A DNA stretch of 64,000 bases from Dehalococcoidia bacterium (GTDB taxonomy: Bacteria > Chloroflexota > Dehalococcoidia > Plut-88900). The position numbers and the translations under genes were made by a program. Where the stretch lies: assembly GCA_965207225.1 (NCBI GenBank), contig CBDBLV010000004.1, positions 320,001 through 384,000 of the forward strand. The letters run 5' to 3'. This document shows positions 58,606-64,000 of the stretch, in pieces; positions within the stretch are counted from its first letter, which is position 1; the number at the start of each line of letters is the position of its first letter. Below the pieces are notes generated by a model. It saw only the letters and a list, made by a program, of their open reading frames with translations, had not been told where the DNA came from and made no database searches.

Positions 58606-59568
58606 ATGCTCAATAGACCCACCTTCGCCGATATTCTTTCGGCGAGACAAGTTATCCGTCCCCATGTTACCCGGACTCCCCTTCGGCATTACCCGTCGCT
58701 ATCCGCCGCGGTGGGCGCTGAAGTCTACCTGAAGCACGAGAATTACCAGGTGACGGGGGCGTTCAAGGTGAGGGGTGGGATAAACCTGGTGTCGCGGCTG
58801 TCGGAGGAGGAGAGGGAGCGGGGGATAATCTCGGCGTCTACGGGGAATCACGGTCAGTCGATTGCGTACGCGGGTCGGCTGTTCGGTGTGAGGGCGATAA
58901 TCGTGGTTCCTGAGGGTGCGAACCCGGGCAAGGTGGAGGCGATGCAGGATTTGGGCGCGGAGGTGGTGTTCCACGGGGCGGACTTCGACGAGTCCCGGGA
59001 GCATGTTGAACGTCTCTGTGCGGAGTTCGGGTACCGGTACGTCCACAGCGGGAATGAGCCTGACCTGGTGGCGGGGGTCGGGACATACGGGCTGGAGATC
59101 ATGGAAGACCTGCCCGATGTTGACACAATACTCGTGCCGATAGGCGGGGGGAGCGGAGCGTGCGGTACGGCCATAGCGGCGAAGGCGATCAATCCGGGGG
59201 TGGAGGTGATTGGGGTCGGGGCGGCGAAGGCACCGGCGGCGTATCTTTCGTGGAAGAGCGGGGATATGGTGGAGGCGGCGATGGAGACGGAGGCCGAGGG
59301 GCTCGCGACCCGGACGGCTTTCGAGTTTCCCCAGGCCATCCTGCGGGACATGCTGGACGACTTCCTGCAGGTGAGCGAGGAAGAGATAAAGTCGGCGATA
59401 GTGATGCTGCTGGAGAAGGCACGCACCCTGGCCGAGGGGGCGGGCGCGGCGTCGCTGGCGGGGGCGGTGCAGATCAAGGACCGGTTACAGGGCAAGAAGG
59501 TGGCAGTGGTGGTGAGCGGGGGGAACCTGGCGATGCGGCAGCTGCGGGGGGTGGTGGCCGAGGGGTAA
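58606..59568 (+). CDS. Threonine/serine dehydratase (catalytic domain only)
   Basis: LKHENYQVTGAFKVRG, ASTGNHG, PIGGGSG and SGGN. Confidence 0.92.
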   Translation: MLNRPTFADILSARQVIRPHVTRTPLRHYPSLSAAVGAEVYLKHENYQVTGAFKVRGGINLVSRLSEEERERGIISASTGNHGQSIAYAGRLFGVRAIIVVPEGANPGKVEAMQDLGAEVVFHGADFDESREHVERLCAEFGYRYVHSGNEPDLVAGVGTYGLEIMEDLPDVDTILVPIGGGSGACGTAIAAKAINPGVEVIGVGAAKAPAAYLSWKSGDMVEAAMETEAEGLATRTAFEFPQAILRDMLDDFLQVSEEEIKSAIVMLLEKARTLAEGAGAASLAGAVQIKDRLQGKKVAVVVSGGNLAMRQLRGVVAEG

Positions 59569-59633
59569 CGCACAGTACTGGTACACTTCGGATGGCCAAA
59601 AGCCGCATCATCCATGCCCAAAAGCCCCGCCCC

Positions 59634-59661
59634 AGATTCCTCGCGGGGCATCGGAATGACA
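59634..59661. repeat. REP-like element of the ...ATTCC...GGAATGAC type
   Basis: AGATTCCTCGCGGGGCATCGGAATGACA shares the ATTCC/GGAATGAC ends with 54345-54371. Confidence 0.5.
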
Positions 59662-59722
59662 GTTATACAAGGCGCTCTTGATGGAAAGGAGGCCTTCTTA
59701 GGCTAGTTTTGGGCTTTCCCAG

Positions 59723-60856
59723 CTAGGTTTCCAGGGAGATGCCGACCAGGGAGCCGATGCCGTAGGTTACTCCGGCGGCCGCGGCGCCGACGAAGAGCAT
59801 ACGGCCTCCTCCCCAGAAGAGGTTCTTTCCGGTCAGGGTGCCGAGCAGGGCGCCTATTCCAAAGACCGCTGCGCCACTCAAGGCGACGGTCAGGATGAGG
59901 GCAAGGAGGTCGGTGGTGAAGAGGTTCGGGAGGAGGGGAATGAGTGCTCCGAAGCCGAAGGCCAGGAATGAGCTGATGGCGGCGGTCCACGGGTTGCCGA
60001 GCTGGTCGGGGTCCAGGCCGAGCTCCTCACGAGCCAGGGTTTCCAGGGCGACCTCGGGGTTGGAGATGATCCGCTCGGCGACGGCTCGGGCCTCCTGCCT
60101 GGTGAAGCCCTTGCGCTGGTAGATGAGGGCGAGCTCCTGGGCCTCCTCCCTCGGGACTTCTTCGAGCTCGGCCCTCTCCACCTCGATCTCCCTTTCGTAG
60201 ACGTCTCTCTGGGCCCGGACGGAGACGTATTCGCCCGCGGCCATGGAGAAGGCCCCGGCCAACAGACCAGAGATGCCTGCGATGACAATGAAACTGGAGT
60301 CGGAGGTGGCGCCGGTGACACCCATGACGAGGCTGACGTTGGAAATGAGGCCGTCGTTGAAGCCGAGAACACCGGCCCGGACGTTGACCGTGCCGCTGTA
60401 GTGACGACGTTCCAGGGAGATGATCTGGGCGTGGTCTGGGAGGCCCGAGAGTCGGCCCAGGACGTTAAAGTGCTCGACCTCTTCCTGCACGATGTTGGAG
60501 GCCTCGGGGTCTTCGCGGTAGGTGCTGGCGTCTGCGGCCTCGGCCTTCAGGATGATGGGCATGACGGCCTTGGTGCCGAAGATGGCGGCGATGGACCTCA
60601 GAACGAGCACCCTAAGGGTGCGACGGTAGTTGTCGGGGGACTGGTCTTCCATGCCGAGCTTTCGGGACCAGATGCGGACGTGTCTCATCTCGGCCTGGGC
60701 GAGGCGGCGGAAGAGCCGGGCGCGGTCGTCATCTCTCTCGACATTGGCGAGGTCACTGTAAAGCTGGACAGCCTCTATCTCGTTCTTGAGGTAGCGGCGG
60801 TAGCGTGCGCGGTCGCTCTCATCGGCGCCGGGCTTTCTTTTCAGGAGTCCGATCAT
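59723..60856 (-). CDS. VIT1/CCC1 family transporter with N-terminal rubrerythrin/ferritin-like domain
   Basis: N-terminal E-x-x-H motifs (EMRH, EVEH), plus RAGVLGFNDGL, GAFSMAAGEYVS and AREELG. Confidence 0.9.
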   Translation of the reverse strand: MIGLLKRKPGADESDRARYRRYLKNEIEAVQLYSDLANVERDDDRARLFRRLAQAEMRHVRIWSRKLGMEDQSPDNYRRTLRVLVLRSIAAIFGTKAVMPIILKAEAADASTYREDPEASNIVQEEVEHFNVLGRLSGLPDHAQIISLERRHYSGTVNVRAGVLGFNDGLISNVSLVMGVTGATSDSSFIVIAGISGLLAGAFSMAAGEYVSVRAQRDVYEREIEVERAELEEVPREEAQELALIYQRKGFTRQEARAVAERIISNPEVALETLAREELGLDPDQLGNPWTAAISSFLAFGFGALIPLLPNLFTTDLLALILTVALSGAAVFGIGALLGTLTGKNLFWGGGRMLFVGAAAAGVTYGIGSLVGISLET

Positions 60857-62373
60857 TGGCTATTCGCTGGGGTCTTGGCCTGGGAGAGGACGTAGTTGAT
60901 GAGGGTCCTGACCGGGACACCTGTTGCGCCCTTGACCACGTAGCCGCTGGTCTTGGACGCCATGAAGGTGCCGGCGATATCGAGGTGAACCCAGGGCGTG
61001 TCTTCGCTGAACTCGGCGAGGAACTGGGCGGCGGTGATGGAGCCCGCGGGTCGGCCCCCGGTATTCTTGACGTCCGCCACATCGCTCTTGTTCTGCTCCT
61101 TGTACTCTTCGAAGAGTGGCATGTGCCAGATCTTCTCACCGGCCTGCTTTCCGGCGTCGATGATGCAGTCCACCAGCCCCTGATCGTTGCCGAAAGCGCC
61201 CGAACTCACGTGTCCAAGGGCGATGACCATTGCGCCGGTGAGGGTGGCGACGTCGACCATGGAGGTCATGCCGATCTTGCGGCCGTAAGAGAGGGCGTCG
61301 GCGAGGAGGAGACGGCCCTCGGCGTCGGTGTTTTCTATCTCGATGGTCTTGCCGTTCATGGCGCGGACAACATCGCCGGGTTTCTGGGCGTTGCCGTCGG
61401 GGAGGTTCTCGGAGGCTGGGACGAGGCCCGTGACGTTGATACCAGGTTTCAGCTTTCCTATGGCGCCCATGGCTGCGATTACGGATGCGCCGCCGGACAT
61501 GTCGCCCTTCATGTCGCCCATGTTCAGGGCGGGCTTCAGGGATATGCCGCCGGAGTCGAAGGTGACGCCCTTGCCCAGGAGGCCGAGGTGCCGCTCTGCG
61601 CCGTCTTCATCGCCGCGGTACTTGAGGATGATGAACTTTGGGGGCTGTCGGGTGCCCTTGGCCACGCCGGCGATGGCGCCCATACCGAGTCCGTCCATCT
61701 GCTCGCTGTCCAAGACCTCGACCTCCAGGCCGGACTCCCCGGCGACCCGTTCGGCGGTGGCGGCCATGTCGGAGGGGGTCATGAAGTTGGCGGGCTCGTT
61801 GGCCATGTCCCGGGCGAGGGCTGCGGCCTCCGCGATGATCTTGCCGCGTTCAAGGCCGGATTCCAGGGCTTCGACCTTGGAGCTATCGACTTCAACCAGG
61901 GAGAGCTGATCGATCTCCTTAGGCTCGGGGGCGGTGGTGCGGTGCCTGTTGAAGGTGTAGGTCCCGAGAAGGCTGCCCTCGGCGATGGCCTGAGCAGAAT
62001 TACCGGCGTCCATGCCGCCTATCCCCGCACCGTGGACAAGGGTAGTCACCTTCTTGATACTCTTGGCGGAGAGGTCTCGGCAGAGGCCGCCCATTATGCG
62101 GCGGACTGTGTCCTCGTCGAAGCGTTCTCTCTTGCCCAGGCCGACAATGACGACTCGCTTTGGCGCGATTCTGCCGAAGGTGTGGACCTGGACAATCTCG
62201 CCCTCCTTGCCGGTGAGCTCGCCGTCGGCGATGAGTTCGGTGATGGCGCCGTCGAGGGCGCGGTCCACGGCGCCGGTGCCGCCGCCAGGCTGCTTCACGC
62301 CTTCGAAGAGGTTGACGACTGCGGCGTCGGCTTTCAGGTCGGTAATGTCGCCCTGGACAACGTTGATATCCAT
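60853..62373 (-). CDS. pepA: Leucyl aminopeptidase (M17)
   Basis: GKGVTFDSGG, MKGDMSG, NTDAEGRL and HLDIAG. Confidence 0.96.
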   Translation of the reverse strand: MDINVVQGDITDLKADAAVVNLFEGVKQPGGGTGAVDRALDGAITELIADGELTGKEGEIVQVHTFGRIAPKRVVIVGLGKRERFDEDTVRRIMGGLCRDLSAKSIKKVTTLVHGAGIGGMDAGNSAQAIAEGSLLGTYTFNRHRTTAPEPKEIDQLSLVEVDSSKVEALESGLERGKIIAEAAALARDMANEPANFMTPSDMAATAERVAGESGLEVEVLDSEQMDGLGMGAIAGVAKGTRQPPKFIILKYRGDEDGAERHLGLLGKGVTFDSGGISLKPALNMGDMKGDMSGGASVIAAMGAIGKLKPGINVTGLVPASENLPDGNAQKPGDVVRAMNGKTIEIENTDAEGRLLLADALSYGRKIGMTSMVDVATLTGAMVIALGHVSSGAFGNDQGLVDCIIDAGKQAGEKIWHMPLFEEYKEQNKSDVADVKNTGGRPAGSITAAQFLAEFSEDTPWVHLDIAGTFMASKTSGYVVKGATGVPVRTLINYVLSQAKTPANSQ

Positions 62374-62386
62374 GTGTCGGTCTCCC

Positions 62387-63001
62387 TTAATCTCCATTAA
62401 TCGAATTCAGTTTGTCGGCTATCTTCCGGATCAAAGGGGCGATGTCTTTCGAAGTATCCACTGTGATGTGAGGCCCGGCGACCGGTTCTTCCCGTGCTTT
62501 CATTCTCCTGTAAACGTCCCAACCTGCCTCGGAGGCGCCATCCTTCGTTTTACCTTGCTCTCTGCGTTTCAGCCTTTTGGCTATGAGGGTCTCGGGGGCG
62601 GTCACTTCGACCACCACAACGTCCGCTCCCTTTGCCGACGCAGCTTCGCGTGAGTATGCCCTGTCCCGCTCGGTGAGATTTGTTGCGTCGAGCAAGACTG
62701 GAACGCCGTGCTCAAGGAGATCCTGCATGAGCCGACGGCATGCACCGAAGACGCGCCGGTTTTCATCTGAATTATACGCGGGTATTCCGGCCAGTGTTTT
62801 CCGCGCTGCGTCCGACTCGATCACCAGCATAGGGACTTCCGCGGCCAAGAGGCGGGCGAAGTGAGTTTTTCCGGCTGCGGGGAGGCCGCACAACAGAACC
62901 AGGTATGGATTGGGGACGGGTGGAGGGGGTGGGGGGAGGCTTCTCCTGAGGGTCTCAACGTCGGCTTCGAGGCGGGAGACAGAGGGGTCTGGGGTTGACA
63001 T
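62387..63001 (-). CDS. P-loop kinase (AAA_33-like)
   Basis: CGLPAAGKT, SDAARK and LLDATNL. Confidence 0.85.
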   Translation of the reverse strand: MSTPDPSVSRLEADVETLRRSLPPPPPPVPNPYLVLLCGLPAAGKTHFARLLAAEVPMLVIESDAARKTLAGIPAYNSDENRRVFGACRRLMQDLLEHGVPVLLDATNLTERDRAYSREAASAKGADVVVVEVTAPETLIAKRLKRREQGKTKDGASEAGWDVYRRMKAREEPVAGPHITVDTSKDIAPLIRKIADKLNSINGD

Positions 63002-63022
63002 GGGGTGGACGGGGTCAGGAGA

Positions 63023-63718
63023 TTACCTAGTGGATCGGTCGTACAGGGCCCTGTTACGGATGACCTGCTTGATGTCTTTGCCCTCGGCGATGTCGTTGGA
63101 GAGGCCACCCGTGACCCGACGCACCATAATGGCGATAGTCGCGGCGAAGAGGGCACGGACTGCGGGTTTCGGCTCCTTCATGAGCCAGGCAAAGAGGGGT
63201 ATGCCCAGCCATCCGAGAAGCATCCCGATAGGTATTTCGTCGCTGTTCCTGCCGGGGAACTTCAGCCGCTGTTTCCAGGTGAGGTCGGTGCGGACCATTA
63301 TGGGCAGCGCCCATATAGCGCCACCGCCGAACATGGGGACCATGGCCATTATGCCGGCCCTGGGGCTCAGGGCGGCCAGGGCACCGATGGCCGTGGCATT
63401 GCCCCGACCGCCGTCAAACCTCCTGAAGACGGGCCACATCTGGCCTACCAGCCCCGCAACCGCACCGGCGGCGCCAACGCCCTTGCCCAACTTCAGCCAG
63501 TCGGCTAACAGTACGGGCAAAGCGCCCTTACCGACATCGAAGAGGCCACCTACCAGGCCGTACTTTGCACCGGAGGTCTGCCAGAGGTTTCCGGCGCCCA
63601 CCTTACCCGTACCTTCCTGCCGGAGGTCGGCGCCCTTACGTCGGGCCAGCAGCTCCGTGACGGGCAAGGAGCCGTAGAGGTAGCATCCCAGTATGAAAAG
63701 CGCTTTCAGCATAAGCAT
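63023..63718 (-). CDS. plsY: Glycerol-3-phosphate acyltransferase PlsY family (divergent)
   Basis: YLYGSLP, DLR-x-x-GTG-x-VGA-x-N, DVGKG and WPVF-x-RF-x-GGRG-x-AT. Confidence 0.85.
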   Translation of the reverse strand: MLMLKALFILGCYLYGSLPVTELLARRKGADLRQEGTGKVGAGNLWQTSGAKYGLVGGLFDVGKGALPVLLADWLKLGKGVGAAGAVAGLVGQMWPVFRRFDGGRGNATAIGALAALSPRAGIMAMVPMFGGGAIWALPIMVRTDLTWKQRLKFPGRNSDEIPIGMLLGWLGIPLFAWLMKEPKPAVRALFAATIAIMVRRVTGGLSNDIAEGKDIKQVIRNRALYDRSTR

Positions 63719-63728
63719 ACGGAGTTGA

Positions 63729-64000
63729 TCAGTCGGCGTAGTAGGTGATTCCCAAGACCCCGGGGCCCGTGTAGATGCCCATAACGGGGGTCAGGTGGGA
63801 CATCAGGAGCTCGGTGCAGTCTATCGTTTCGGAGACCTGGCGGGCAAATTCCTCGGCCTCCGCAGGTACGTTGGCGTGGAGCATAGCCACTCGAATCGAG
63901 TCCTTGCCGCGGGTATCCCTTTCGAGCATACGAAGCATTCTCCGGAGGGCTCCCTGCCTGCTCCGGGCTACTGTAACAGGCTTCACCTGTCCCATCCGCA
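63729..64000 (-). CDS. DegV family protein, C-terminal fragment (5'-partial)
   Basis: HAN-x-x-x-EA and TPVMGIYTGPGVLG at the C-terminus; adjacent to plsY. Confidence 0.8.
   Translation of the reverse strand, partial: RMGQVKPVTVARSRQGALRRMLRMLERDTRGKDSIRVAMLHANVPAEAEEFARQVSETIDCTELLMSHLTPVMGIYTGPGVLGITYYAD

Noticed and set aside
60805-62400. 531-aa plus-strand ORF, and many similar antisense ORFs in the track
   Set aside because: Antisense shadows of pepA and other clear genes, with no recognisable motifs.
1-64000. tRNA, rRNA, tmRNA, prophage or integrase genes
   Set aside because: None recognised by eye in the intergenic regions or the ORF track.

Overview
GC-rich bacterial chromosomal window. 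The gene content suggests Chloroflexota, probably Dehalococcoidia/SAR202-like (inference): homodimeric GlyQS, fused SecDF, DegV-PlsY, and expanded luciferase-like monooxygenases, amidohydrolases and metal-free M24 hydrolases. The left part has a split methylmalonyl-CoA mutase operon, nfo, a CsoR-YHS-CopA copper locus and ilvD. The region from about 14 to 42 kb is a catabolic block for unknown N-containing substrates. The right part is mostly housekeeping (holA, glyQS, sbcD, secDF, def, priA, rplS, pepA, plsY), plus a low-GC toxin-antitoxin pair and a stand-alone HsdR-N nuclease. Two observations stand out. (1) The two long intergenic regions (about 12.6-13.9 kb, + strand; about 53.3-54.4 kb, - strand) carry homologous copies of an apparently unannotated large structured element. 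Each lies about 260 nt downstream of its own sigma70-type promoter, is closed by a GGAAGGTCC/GGACCTTCC helix, and contains a roughly 160-nt module (two tandem copies at one locus, one at the other). The module's substitutions largely preserve base pairing, with G-U pairs on the predicted transcribed strand, so it is a candidate novel ncRNA family. (2) The CoA-transferase alpha subunit is interrupted by a single in-frame UGA followed by a SECIS-like hairpin, making it a candidate selenoprotein. All calls were made by eye; no database searches were run.
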